Shown here one piece after another: positions 1 to 8,374 of a stretch of 46,547 nt of DNA. The translations under genes and the position numbers were made by a program. The DNA comes from Candidatus Dormiibacterota bacterium (GTDB lineage Bacteria; Chloroflexota; Dormibacteria; Dormibacterales; Dormibacteraceae): assembly GCA_046727235.1 (NCBI GenBank), contig JBKPCF010000108.1, positions 1 through 46,547 on the forward strand. Direction: 5' to 3'. Numbering within the stretch: the stretch's first letter is position 1; every line of letters begins with the position of its first letter. A model generated the notes under the pieces. The model did no database searches and was not told where the DNA came from. It saw nothing but the letters and a program-made list of their open reading frames with translations.

Positions 1-2621
1 TGGATCGGATACATCGCGATGCCGATCGACGCGCCTGTCTCGACCATCTGCTCGCCGATCGCGAAAGGGCCCTCCAGCGAGACGAGGATCTTTCGCGCCG
101 TGGCGACTACGTCCTCGGGGTGTTTGGCGTCGTTGGTGAGCCCCGCGTACTCGTCGCCTCCCAGTCGCGCGACTGTGTCGGTCGCGCGGAGCACGCCGCG
201 GAGACGCGAGGTCACCTCCTGGAGGAGGCTGTCGCCGCGGTCGTGGCCGAGGGCGTCGTTGATGTCCTTGAAGCGGTCGAGGTCGAGCAGCAGGACGCCG
301 AACATCTTCTGATTTCGCCGCGCTCCGAGCAGCGCCTGGCGCAAGCGGTCGCCGAACAGGCTCCGGTTCGGGAGCCCGGTCAGCGCATCATGGAGCGCCT
401 GGTACTCGAGCGCGTCGGTGTGCGCCTTGCGCTCCGAGATGTCGCGCAGGGTCGCGATGAAGAGATGACGCGCTCCGACCTGCATCGAGCTGACCACGAA
501 CTCGAGCGGGAAGAGGCTGCCGTTCTTGCGTTTGCCCATCGTCTCGTGCGCGCCGCTGACCGGAATGTCGAGCTTGAGGCGCCTCTGCAGATAGTTGTCG
601 AACGCGCTGCGGTGCGTGGTCGCGATGAGGATGTCGGCCTGCTGGCCGATCAGCTCCTGCTCGGAATAGCCGAACAGCCTGGTCACGGCCGGGTTCGCAG
701 ACTCGATCACTCCGGCCAGGTCGATGGTGGCCAGGCCGTCGGACACGTTGTCGAGCACCGAGCGCATGCGCTTCTCGCTCTCCTGCAGCGCGGTCTCGGC
801 ACGCTTGCGCTCGACAAACTCACCGATCTGCGACCCGACGTCGCTCATCACCGCGATCAGTCCCTCGTCGAGGTCGCGCGCCGCCCAGGCGTGGAGCGAG
901 ATCATGCCGACGACCCGCCGACCACTCCGAACGGGAAATCCGACGATGCCATGGAGCCCGACGGCCTGCGCCGCTGCGGCGCGGGGTGACGACTCACCGG
1001 CAAGGTCTGGCATCGCGACCGGGGCAGCCATCTCCCACACGCGCCCCGCGAGCCCCTCGCCGCGCCGATACGTGACCTGCGGCGCGGTCGCCTCGAACGC
1101 GGAGATGTCGCGGCCGGGCCGCTTCCACGAGCTGACGAAGCTCATAGCCTCGCGGTCCGCGTCGACCTCCCAGTACTCGGCCAGCTCCGCCTCCAGCGTT
1201 CGGCAGAGCCCCTCCAGCACGCCCGGCGCGGCCCTGTCCCATCCTGGCGACGTGACCAGGGCCTGGGTCACCGCGAACCTCGCGGCCTGCAGAACTTCGG
1301 CGCGCTTGCGATCTCGAATGTCGACGGCGACCGTCTGGAAATACAACGGCTTGTCGTCGGCGCCCCGCACCAGGCGCATGTTCAGGTCGACCCAGACGTG
1401 ATCGCCATCTTTGCGCGCGTAGCGCTTCTCGATCCGACGCCCCTCTTCATCGCCCGCGAGCATGGCGGCCATCGCCTCTTTGAGCGCGGGAACGTCGTCG
1501 GCGTACGTGATGTCGAGCAGCGAGAGCTTGCGCAGCTCGGCTTCGTCATACCCGACCAGCTGGCAGAACGCGGGGTTCACCGTCGTGATGCGGCCGTTCA
1601 GGCCCGTGAAGGCCATCCCCGCCTGGGCCTGGTCGAAGAGCGTCTTGAATCGCGTCTCGCTTTCACGTTCACCCGCCTCCGCGCGCAGCCGCTCGGTGAT
1701 GTCGGACACGATCGTCAGGAGCTGACCGCCGCGCGCACCCACCCGATGGATGGCGACCTCGACGTCGACCCGGCGGCCCGACTTGGTGATCAGCGCCGAG
1801 GAGTATCTTCCCGGCGCCTCACCGCCGGAGAGTCTGGAGGCGAGATTTGCCCTCAGCCGCTCCCGCTCCTCGGCGGGCGCCAGGTCGATCAGCGTGGGAA
1901 TCGCGACGAGCTCTTCCCGCGAGTAGCCGGTCAGGTTCACGTAAGCGTCATTGCCGGCCACGAACCGTCCGTTCTCGGTGATCAACAGTCCCTCTCCCAG
2001 GTCGCTGAGCGTCGCCAGGAGCGAGCTCTGCCGGTCGATCTGGCCGATGAGGTCGCGCTCCACGCCTTTGGACGTCAGGTAGCCCAGGATGCCGACGCCG
2101 ACGAGCACCGACGTCCAGATCCCCACTGCGCTCAGCGAAACCATGAGCTGGCCGACGGCGTAGATCCAGAGCGCGCCGATCCCGAGGATGCCGACGCCGA
2201 ACACGTACCCGAAATGCCGCGAGTGAAGGCCGGCCTCGAAGTAGAGGAACATCGTGGCGAAGCTCACCGCCGCCAGTGGAGGCAGGTCATCGCCGAGCCA
2301 CTTGCCGGCAACTCCCAGCACCAGGTCAGTGAGGACCGCGGCGGTGATCATGATCGGCAGCTGAACGCGGAGGTCGGTCGAGCGCCGAGAGGACTTGACC
2401 CCCATGCAGACCACGGCGAACACGACGCCAACGCCGATCAGGACGGCCTCCTGGCGAAGCACCTCGGCGGGCGGCTGCGCCCGCCAGATCCCGTAGGCGA
2501 CGGCCCCGATGATGGCCGCCACGGCAAGGCCGTTGACCAGGGCCAGATTCAGGGATCCCTCGCGTCGCGGTGTCGCCAGGGCCCCGAACAGAGGGTCAGC
2601 CGCTGCCGGCGCCGGCGTCAC
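1..2621 (-). CDS. Membrane-anchored PAS-PAS-GAF-PAS sensor diguanylate cyclase (GGDEF domain); the C-terminus runs off the left edge
   Basis: Absent from the ORF track because it is edge-truncated. Manual reverse-complement translation is open from GTG 2621 (alternative TTG 2633) to nt 1. It shows a hydrophobic multi-TM N-terminus, PAS-like blocks and a GAF-like block. It then reads LLLDLDRFKDINDALGHDRGD ... RLGGDEYAGL ... GASIGIAMYP, a GGDEF-domain signature with a GGDEY variant. The + ORFs 120..989, 724..1401 and 1398..2648 are antisense shadows. Confidence 0.8.
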   Translation of the reverse strand, partial: MTPAPAAADPLFGALATPRREGSLNLALVNGLAVAAIIGAVAYGIWRAQPPAEVLRQEAVLIGVGVVFAVVCMGVKSSRRSTDLRVQLPIMITAAVLTDLVLGVAGKWLGDDLPPLAAVSFATMFLYFEAGLHSRHFGYVFGVGILGIGALWIYAVGQLMVSLSAVGIWTSVLVGVGILGYLTSKGVERDLIGQIDRQSSLLATLSDLGEGLLITENGRFVAGNDAYVNLTGYSREELVAIPTLIDLAPAEERERLRANLASRLSGGEAPGRYSSALITKSGRRVDVEVAIHRVGARGGQLLTIVSDITERLRAEAGERESETRFKTLFDQAQAGMAFTGLNGRITTVNPAFCQLVGYDEAELRKLSLLDITYADDVPALKEAMAAMLAGDEEGRRIEKRYARKDGDHVWVDLNMRLVRGADDKPLYFQTVAVDIRDRKRAEVLQAARFAVTQALVTSPGWDRAAPGVLEGLCRTLEAELAEYWEVDADREAMSFVSSWKRPGRDISAFEATAPQVTYRRGEGLAGRVWEMAAPVAMPDLAGESSPRAAAAQAVGLHGIVGFPVRSGRRVVGMISLHAWAARDLDEGLIAVMSDVGSQIGEFVERKRAETALQESEKRMRSVLDNVSDGLATIDLAGVIESANPAVTRLFGYSEQELIGQQADILIATTHRSAFDNYLQRRLKLDIPVSGAHETMGKRKNGSLFPLEFVVSSMQVGARHLFIATLRDISERKAHTDALEYQALHDALTGLPNRSLFGDRLRQALLGARRNQKMFGVLLLDLDRFKDINDALGHDRGDSLLQEVTSRLRGVLRATDTVARLGGDEYAGLTNDAKHPEDVVATARKILVSLEGPFAIGEQMVETGASIGIAMYPI

Positions 2622-2750
2622 CTGTTTAGCCAATTCGATGAACGATAACGGTCAGGCCCTCAAACTCCTCCCCCATTCATGGGGGCGCCGCGGAGGCGCG
2701 CCAGAGTGCCACCGCAGCCGCCGGAGCAGCGTCAGGCCGGCCTGGGCCGG

Positions 2751-3047
2751 CTACTTGCTGTTCTTGGCCTGGGGCCTCTGAGGCACCGTCCGCTTGAGCG
2801 GCGGCCGGCGGCCGGCGTGAAGGGGGTTGACCTTCTCACCGTCGCCGTCCTTGCCGGGGGTCTTGCCCCGGCCGGCGGTAGCGTGGAGGGTCCGCAGCTT
2901 CGCCAGGCGCTCCTTTTTGGCGGCGAGCGCCGTCTTGAGCGCGTCTGAAAGCTGGGTGTCGTTCATAGGGACGACCCGGAGCCTCGCCTCGAGCTCGAGG
3001 ACCTCAACCTCAGCTCTGGTCAGTTCGAGATCGATGGTTTTCGACAC
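2751..3047 (-). CDS. Hypothetical 98-aa protein with a coiled-coil-like N-terminal half and a basic Pro/Lys-rich tail
   Basis: ORF with a GTG start preceded by GAAGAGGA. The composition looks natural (MSKTIDLELTRAEVEVLELEARL...). No recognisable family. Confidence 0.5.
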   Translation of the reverse strand: MSKTIDLELTRAEVEVLELEARLRVVPMNDTQLSDALKTALAAKKERLAKLRTLHATAGRGKTPGKDGDGEKVNPLHAGRRPPLKRTVPQRPQAKNSK

Positions 3048-3088
3048 TGTAGTCCTCTTCTATACGGATCAAAGCTACTGAAGCAGAT

Positions 3089-3112
3089 AACTACCCCGCA
3101 AGTGGGGAAGTT
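3089..3112 (-). terminator. Terminator-like hairpin downstream of the dnaJ operon
   Basis: AACTACCCC-GCAAGT-GGGGAAGTT forms a 9-bp stem with one A.A mismatch in a locally AT-richer stretch. It lies just 3' of the coding-like segment that ends at 3126. Confidence 0.4.
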
Positions 3113-3125
3113 ATGCCACTCCACC

Positions 3126-3290
3126 TCACCCGCACTGAACTCCGACTGTCACCGTGGCGGCCGGCGAGACGCAGTTCACGCCCGCCGAACACAGGTTCTG
3201 GTCTGAGATCACGATCGTCCAGACGGCCCCGTGGCCGTTGATCAGCCGGTTGGGGATCACGACTGTGACGTATCCACCACCCGCGGTCAA
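3126..3290 (-). CDS. Possible small Cys-containing ORF (54 aa from TTG 3290; the coding-like signal continues up to 3356)
   Basis: Below the ORF-track length cutoff. The frame is open from directly after the dnaJ stop region to TGA 3126-3128, with strongly G/C-biased third positions. Peptide: ...TAGGGYVTVVIPNRLINGHGAVWTIVISDQNLCSAGVNCVSPAATVTVGVQCG. GAAGGG lies 7 nt before the TTG. No family recognised. Confidence 0.3.
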   Translation of the reverse strand: MTAGGGYVTVVIPNRLINGHGAVWTIVISDQNLCSAGVNCVSPAATVTVGVQCG

Positions 3291-3345
3291 GGTTGCGCCC
3301 TTCGGCGGAGGGGAGGCGGCCTGGATCGTCGAGGTGGTCAGTGCG

Positions 3346-4464
3346 TCAATCGAGACTTATTACGTCGCGAAGTTTGTCGAAGAACCCCTTCGCCACTTTC
3401 TCGGGCTTGCCGGTCAGCCCTCCCACCTTGCGCAGCAGCGCTTTCTGCTCGGGGTCGAGGTCCTTTGGAACCACGAGCTGGACGACCACGTACTGGTCCC
3501 CCCGGCGCCCACCCCTGACGTCTGGCATCCCGCGACCCTTCAGCCGGAACGACTGCCCGTGCTGCGTGCCTGCGGGGATCGCGATCTCGACCGGCCCCTC
3601 GATGGTGGGAATCTCGATCCGGTCACCGAGCGCGGCCTGGACCATGTTGACCCGGAGCTGGAAAACGACGTCCTGCTCGTGGCGCGCGAGCTGCGCGTGC
3701 GCCTTTACCTGCAGAACCACGTAGAGGTCGCCGGGTGGACCGCCCCGCAACCCTGCCTCCCCTTCGCCGCTGATCCTGATCTGCGATCCGGTGTCGACTC
3801 CGGCCGGAATCTTGACGGCGAGCCGTCTTGCGTTCTGCACCCTGCCCTGGCCCCGGCATAGAGCGCACGGGTTCCTCAAGATCCGTCCCGCGCCGCCGCA
3901 GGTGGGGCAGGTCGCCCTCGTCACGACCTGGCCGAGGAACGACTGCGCGGCTCTCCGGACCTCGCCCGATCCGCCGCATCCGGGGCACGTCTGGGGGCTG
4001 GTGCCGGGCTCTGCTCCGCTGCCCGAGCACCGCTCGCACGTGGCCAGACGCGGGACCTCGACCTGTTTCTCGACGCCGGTGAACGACTCTTCGAAGGTGA
4101 TCGTCAGGTCGTAGCGAAGGTCGTCGCCGCGATTTGACCTCTCGCGCCGCGCTCGCGACCCAAAACCCCCGCCGAAGAACGTGTCGAAGATGTCCGCGAA
4201 CGGCATGTCCGAGAAGTCGACCGCCGGCCCGCCGGCGCCGACGGCCGAGTGGCCGAACAGGTCGTAGCTGCGCCGCCGATCAGGGTCGGAGAGCACCGCG
4301 TAGGCTTCGCTCGCCTCCTTGAAGCGCGCGTGAGCGACCTGGTCATCGGGGTTCCGGTCCGGGTGCGAGTCCATCGCGATCTTGCGAAACGCCCGCTTCA
4401 AGTCCTCCGCCGAGGCCTGTCTGGCTACGCCTAGCACCTCGTAGTAGTCGCGCTTGACCGCCAC
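3346..4464 (-). CDS. dnaJ: Molecular chaperone DnaJ (J domain, G/F region, CxxCxGxG zinc fingers)
   Basis: N-terminus DYYEVLGV...HPDRNP, and four CxxCxGxG motifs (CERCSGSG, CPGCGGSG, CPTCGGAG, CALCRGQG). Confidence 0.97.
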   Translation of the reverse strand: MAVKRDYYEVLGVARQASAEDLKRAFRKIAMDSHPDRNPDDQVAHARFKEASEAYAVLSDPDRRRSYDLFGHSAVGAGGPAVDFSDMPFADIFDTFFGGGFGSRARRERSNRGDDLRYDLTITFEESFTGVEKQVEVPRLATCERCSGSGAEPGTSPQTCPGCGGSGEVRRAAQSFLGQVVTRATCPTCGGAGRILRNPCALCRGQGRVQNARRLAVKIPAGVDTGSQIRISGEGEAGLRGGPPGDLYVVLQVKAHAQLARHEQDVVFQLRVNMVQAALGDRIEIPTIEGPVEIAIPAGTQHGQSFRLKGRGMPDVRGGRRGDQYVVVQLVVPKDLDPEQKALLRKVGGLTGKPEKVAKGFFDKLRDVISLD

Positions 4465-4470
4465 TGCCGG

Positions 4471-5013
4471 CTATTCGGAGCTGCTGTCTTCGGGGAGGGC
4501 GGCCGGCTGACGCGAGACCTTGACCAGCGCCGGCCTGACCACGCGGTCGCGAAGTCGGTATCCGCGCCGCAGCTCCTGGACGACGGTGTCCTCGGGATGC
4601 TCGCTGGACTCCTCGTGGGCGACTGCCTCGTGGAGCTTGGGGTCGAAGGGCGCACCCACGGCCTCGATTGGCTGCAGGCCGTGCGTGCCGAGCACCTCCT
4701 CGAGCTTGCGCACGCTGAGCTCGAGGCCTTTCGCCCACGACTCGTCTGTGCCTTCCGGCATGTGGTCGAGCACGCTGTGCAGGTCGTCGAGCACGGGCAG
4801 GACTCGGTTGATCAGCTCGGCCGACGCATGCTGGATCGTCTCCATCTGCTCCTGGCGCGTGCGCTTCTTGTAGTTCTCGAAGTCCGCGGCCAGGCGGAGG
4901 TGCCTCTCCTTGCCCTCCGCGATTGCGGACTCGAGCTCGGCGACCTTGCCCTCGAACAGGGCGATGCTGGCCGCGACCTCGTCCGGGTCGCGGGGATGCT
5001 TGCGGGTGGTCAT
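4471..5013 (-). CDS. grpE: Nucleotide exchange factor GrpE
   Basis: LRLAADFENYKKRTRQE core motif. Its stop lies 6 nt upstream of the dnaJ start. Confidence 0.95.
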   Translation of the reverse strand: MTTRKHPRDPDEVAASIALFEGKVAELESAIAEGKERHLRLAADFENYKKRTRQEQMETIQHASAELINRVLPVLDDLHSVLDHMPEGTDESWAKGLELSVRKLEEVLGTHGLQPIEAVGAPFDPKLHEAVAHEESSEHPEDTVVQELRRGYRLRDRVVRPALVKVSRQPAALPEDSSSE

Positions 5014-5044
5014 CGAACTCTAGATACCGCGAAGGGCCTCGCGG

Positions 5045-6061
5045 TCAAACTCCAAGCTCGGCCATGCGGTCGCTGGCGCCGCGCGCCACCGCCTGCAGCC
5101 GGGCGACCGTCTGGCTGTACGCCATCCGGGTCGGGCCGATCACGCCGAGCACGCCCTTCAGCCGCTCGGTCGGGCCGTAGGTCGTGAGCACGACCGCGCA
5201 GCCCTGGAGCTGGCTCGAGATGTTCTCGGACCCGATCACGATCTGAAGGTCGGACTCGCCGATCAGCTGGCGGAGCAGGACGGTCAGGTAGCGCGTCTCC
5301 TCGAGGACCTCGAGCACCTGGTGGACTCGTGACGCTTCGGCGAACTCCGGCTGGCGGAGCAGGTTGCGCACGCCGTCGTGCACGACCAGGCTCTCCGACC
5401 CCTTCTCGTAGAGGTCGAGGACCGCGATCACCCGGCCAAGGAGCTCCTTCTCGAGACCGAGCGGGGCCGCCTCGTAATGGCGGCGCGCCTCATCGCTTGC
5501 CTTGCCCGCGAGAGATGCGTTGAGCTTCGAGGCGAGCCTGGTCAGCTGGGCCTGGCTCGCGCCCTGGGTCGTGTTGACGACCTGCTGCCGGAGCAGGTTG
5601 CCTTCGAGGAGCAGGATCAGGAGAACTTCCTTGGGCTCGAGCGAGACCAGGTCCACGTGCTTGATCTGGGCGAGCGTTCCCTGCGGCGCGCTCGCCACCG
5701 AAGCGTTCTGGGTCACCGCCGCGACCGTCATCGCGATCCGCTCCACCAACCCCTGCACGTCCCCTGGCGCTCCGCGAAGCTCGTCGTTGATGAAAGCGGT
5801 CACCCGGTCCGGGATCGGCTCGAGGTCCATCAGGAAGTCGACGAAGTACCGGTAACCGGAGTCGGTCGGCACCCTTCCGGCGGAGGTGTGCGGCTGGGTC
5901 AGGTAGCCGAGGTCGGCGAGCTCGGCCAGCTCGTTGCGGATCGTGGCCGAGGACAGGTTCACGAAGTAGCGGCTCTGGAGCGCCTGCGAGCCGACCGGGA
6001 CGGCGCTGGTGGTGAACTCGTGGACCACCGCGCGCAAGATCGCCTGTTTCCTGTTCTCCAT
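5045..6061 (-). CDS. hrcA: Heat-inducible transcription repressor HrcA
   Basis: N-terminus MENRKQAILRAVVHEFTTSAVPVGSQAL...ATIRNELAELADLGYLTQPHTSAGRVPT is typical of HrcA. A CIRCE element lies immediately upstream. Confidence 0.95.
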   Translation of the reverse strand: MENRKQAILRAVVHEFTTSAVPVGSQALQSRYFVNLSSATIRNELAELADLGYLTQPHTSAGRVPTDSGYRYFVDFLMDLEPIPDRVTAFINDELRGAPGDVQGLVERIAMTVAAVTQNASVASAPQGTLAQIKHVDLVSLEPKEVLLILLLEGNLLRQQVVNTTQGASQAQLTRLASKLNASLAGKASDEARRHYEAAPLGLEKELLGRVIAVLDLYEKGSESLVVHDGVRNLLRQPEFAEASRVHQVLEVLEETRYLTVLLRQLIGESDLQIVIGSENISSQLQGCAVVLTTYGPTERLKGVLGVIGPTRMAYSQTVARLQAVARGASDRMAELGV

Positions 6062-6067
6062 CTCGTT

Positions 6068-6094
6068 TCAGCACTCTCACCCTGAGAGTGCTAA
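6068..6094 (-). promoter_or_regulatory. CIRCE operator (HrcA binding site)
   Basis: The minus strand reads TTAGCACTC-N9-GAGTGCTGA. This matches the consensus TTAGCACTC-N9-GAGTGCTAA with one mismatch. It lies 6 nt upstream of the hrcA ATG. Confidence 0.9.
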
Positions 6095-6107
6095 CTAACA
6101 GTACAGG

Positions 6108-6431
6108 CTAGGTGTGGTCGCCGGAACCCTTTGTCACGGCAGGCGCTTGGGCCGGCAGCGGCGCAGTGCAGTTGCCGTTCTTGCCGAGGTTCGACCTGGC
6201 GATGCCGCTGACGTAGCCCCCGCCCTTCTTGGAGTGGGCGGCCTGGGAGACGTAGTACCCGTGGTTGCAGGGATGGGCTGCCGCCTGCCTATCAACTTGC
6301 GCGATGTTCGACGTGCCCGGCGGCAGCGAGGCCCGATTGGCGACGAGCCGGCCCGCGATCACGACGTCGGCCAGGACAAGGACGAGGATGACGGCGACCA
6401 GGAGTCCGGTGTACCGGCTCAGTGCTGCCAT
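6108..6431 (-). CDS. Hypothetical small membrane-anchored protein (one N-terminal TM helix)
   Basis: MAALSRYTGLLVAVILVLVLADVVIAG forms a TM anchor, followed by a soluble Cys-containing tail. No family recognised. Confidence 0.5.
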   Translation of the reverse strand: MAALSRYTGLLVAVILVLVLADVVIAGRLVANRASLPPGTSNIAQVDRQAAAHPCNHGYYVSQAAHSKKGGGYVSGIARSNLGKNGNCTAPLPAQAPAVTKGSGDHT

Positions 6432-6472
6432 CAGAAGCTCTCAACGCGATATCGTGCGCGATCCGGTGGGCT

Positions 6473-7591
6473 TCAGAGCACTGCGAGCGCGATCTGATTG
6501 TGCAGGTCCATGCCGCGGCGGGTGGGCACCACGCGGCCGTTTCGGCGCTGCACCAGGCCCGCCCGCTGGAGGCCGAGCAGCTCGGTGTCAAATCCCCGCG
6601 GCACCCGGGCGCCTTCGGCGGTTCGCAGGCCCAGCATCAGGGATTCGGCCGATGCCTTTCGCGGATCCAGCTCCTCCCCCTCGGCCTTCGGCGTCGGAGC
6701 CGCCGCGATGTACTCGCGCGGACGAGCGACGTTCCACCATCGCCATGCGGACGACCCGTCGCTCGCGTACGAGTGAGCGCCGGCGCCCGCGCCGTAGACG
6801 GGATGGCAGCGCCAGTAGGCCTGGTTGTGCCGCGACTCGAACCCGCGGTGCGCCCAGTTCGAAACCTCATAGCGGCGAAAGCCGGCCGCCTCGAGCTCGT
6901 CGCAGGCCGCGTCGAGCTGGTCCCACTGGAGGTCCGGCTCCACCTCGGGCACGCGACCCTCGGCGCGGCGGCGATACAGCAGGGTGCCCTCCTCGAACGA
7001 CAGGCAGTAGGTCGACACGTGGTCTGGCTCCATGGCGATCGCGCGTTGCAGCGTGTCGAGCCATGTGTCGCGGCTCTGGAAGGGGACCGCGTAGATCAGG
7101 TCCACGCTGATGTTCCGGACGCCCATCTCGCGCGCGAGAGCGAAGGCGCGCGTCGCCTGCGCAGCGTCCGTCTTGCGCTCCAGCACCGCGAGCGCGCGCG
7201 GATCGAAGCCCTGCACCCCCAGGCTCAGTCGATTGACGCCGCCATCGAGCCAGGCCGCGATCCTCCCCTCGTCCGTGCTGCCGGGGTTGGCCTCGAGGGT
7301 GACCTCTGCTTCCGGGGCCACGTTGAAGTTGCGCCGGATGAAATCGAGGAGTCGCGACATCAGGTCGGCCGGCAAAAGGCTCGGCGTCCCGCCTCCGAGA
7401 TAGACGGTGTCGAGCTGCTGAAACGGATAGCGCTCGCGCGCGAAGACAAGCTCCTTCTCCAGCGCGTCGACGTATTCGGGCATTAGGCGGTCCATCCCCG
7501 CGTAGGCGTTGAAGTCGCAGTAGCCGCACTTGTGCTTGCAGAAGGGGATGTGCACGTACAGGTGTCGAAACCCGAGAAGCTGGTCAGACAC
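6473..7591 (-). CDS. hemW: Radical SAM heme chaperone HemW (HemN-like, oxygen-independent coproporphyrinogen oxidase family)
   Basis: LYVHIPFCKHKCGYCDFNA radical-SAM CxxxCxxC motif. I re-placed the start at GTG 7591, which overlaps the upstream ORF stop (GTGTCTGA). The track ORF 6473..7744 over-extends into the upstream gene. Confidence 0.85.
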   Translation of the reverse strand: MSDQLLGFRHLYVHIPFCKHKCGYCDFNAYAGMDRLMPEYVDALEKELVFARERYPFQQLDTVYLGGGTPSLLPADLMSRLLDFIRRNFNVAPEAEVTLEANPGSTDEGRIAAWLDGGVNRLSLGVQGFDPRALAVLERKTDAAQATRAFALAREMGVRNISVDLIYAVPFQSRDTWLDTLQRAIAMEPDHVSTYCLSFEEGTLLYRRRAEGRVPEVEPDLQWDQLDAACDELEAAGFRRYEVSNWAHRGFESRHNQAYWRCHPVYGAGAGAHSYASDGSSAWRWWNVARPREYIAAAPTPKAEGEELDPRKASAESLMLGLRTAEGARVPRGFDTELLGLQRAGLVQRRNGRVVPTRRGMDLHNQIALAVL

Positions 7592-7907
7592 CCTTGATCG
7601 TGTAGCGCTGGCCGCGCGCCGCCTCGAGCTCGCGGCGAAGGTGGTCGACTGCCTCGCGGTCGTTGGGGACGAGCTCCTTGATTCGCTGTCCCATCCTGTC
7701 CTCGACCCGCGCGATCTGTCTTGCGATCTGCTCCACGTTCGCATTCTGCGCGCGGTACCGCTCGCGCTTGCGCCACAAGCGGGCGTGCTCGTCGCGCAGG
7801 TCGGCGACGGCGCGCCTGACCTGGCAATCCACGCAGTACCCGTTTTTCGTCTGCGAGCTCTGCACCTGCTTCCCGCAGTCGCGGCAGAAGATCAAAAGAG
7901 CGCTCAT
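7584..7907 (-). CDS. Hypothetical zinc-ribbon plus coiled-coil protein
   Basis: CRDCGK...CVDCQ four-Cys ribbon followed by a charged helical region. Overlaps ybaK-like by 4 nt and hemW by 8 nt, so the genes are tightly packed. Confidence 0.55.
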   Translation of the reverse strand: MSALLIFCRDCGKQVQSSQTKNGYCVDCQVRRAVADLRDEHARLWRKRERYRAQNANVEQIARQIARVEDRMGQRIKELVPNDREAVDHLRRELEAARGQRYTIKGV

Positions 7908-8353
7908 TTGAGATCGATCACCGTCGCCTTACTAAGTTCCCGCAGACGGTCGGGCTCAATCTCGAAAACGGCATCCGGGCGACCCGCGGCGGCCCACACG
8001 ACCCCGTAGCCGGTGAGGTCTCGGTCCATGTAGACCGGGAGCTCGGTGGCATGGCCGAAAGGAGGAACGCCGCCGATCGCAAAGCCGGTTGCTGTCCGCG
8101 CGGTCTCCGCGTCCGCCTTCGTCACCGGCGAGCCTGCGACCGCCGCGAGCCGGCGCTCGTCCAGACGGTTGGCGCCGCTGACCAGGGCAATCACCGGCCT
8201 GCCGCCGGCGAGGAACACGAGAGACTTGACGATCTGCCCCACCTCGCATCCGACCGCGCGTGCGGCCTCGCCGGCCGTGCGCGTGCCTTGCGGAAACTCC
8301 CTCACCGCGACCCCGTAATCGGTCGTCGCGAGCCAGGACTCGAAGCGATTCAT
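7904..8353 (-). CDS. YbaK/EbsC-family aminoacyl-tRNA editing (deacylase) domain protein
   Basis: IVKSLVF...PVIALVSGANRLD...ATGFAIGGVPPFGH motifs are typical of the YbaK/ProX editing domain. Confidence 0.75.
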   Translation of the reverse strand: MNRFESWLATTDYGVAVREFPQGTRTAGEAARAVGCEVGQIVKSLVFLAGGRPVIALVSGANRLDERRLAAVAGSPVTKADAETARTATGFAIGGVPPFGHATELPVYMDRDLTGYGVVWAAAGRPDAVFEIEPDRLRELSKATVIDLK

Positions 8354-8374
8354 TCGGAACGAGCATAGGTAGTC

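Noticed and set aside
120-2648. Three long + strand ORFs (120..989, 724..1401, 1398..2648)
   Set aside because: The minus strand encodes a continuous PAS/GAF/GGDEF protein with clear motifs. The + ORFs are its shadows.
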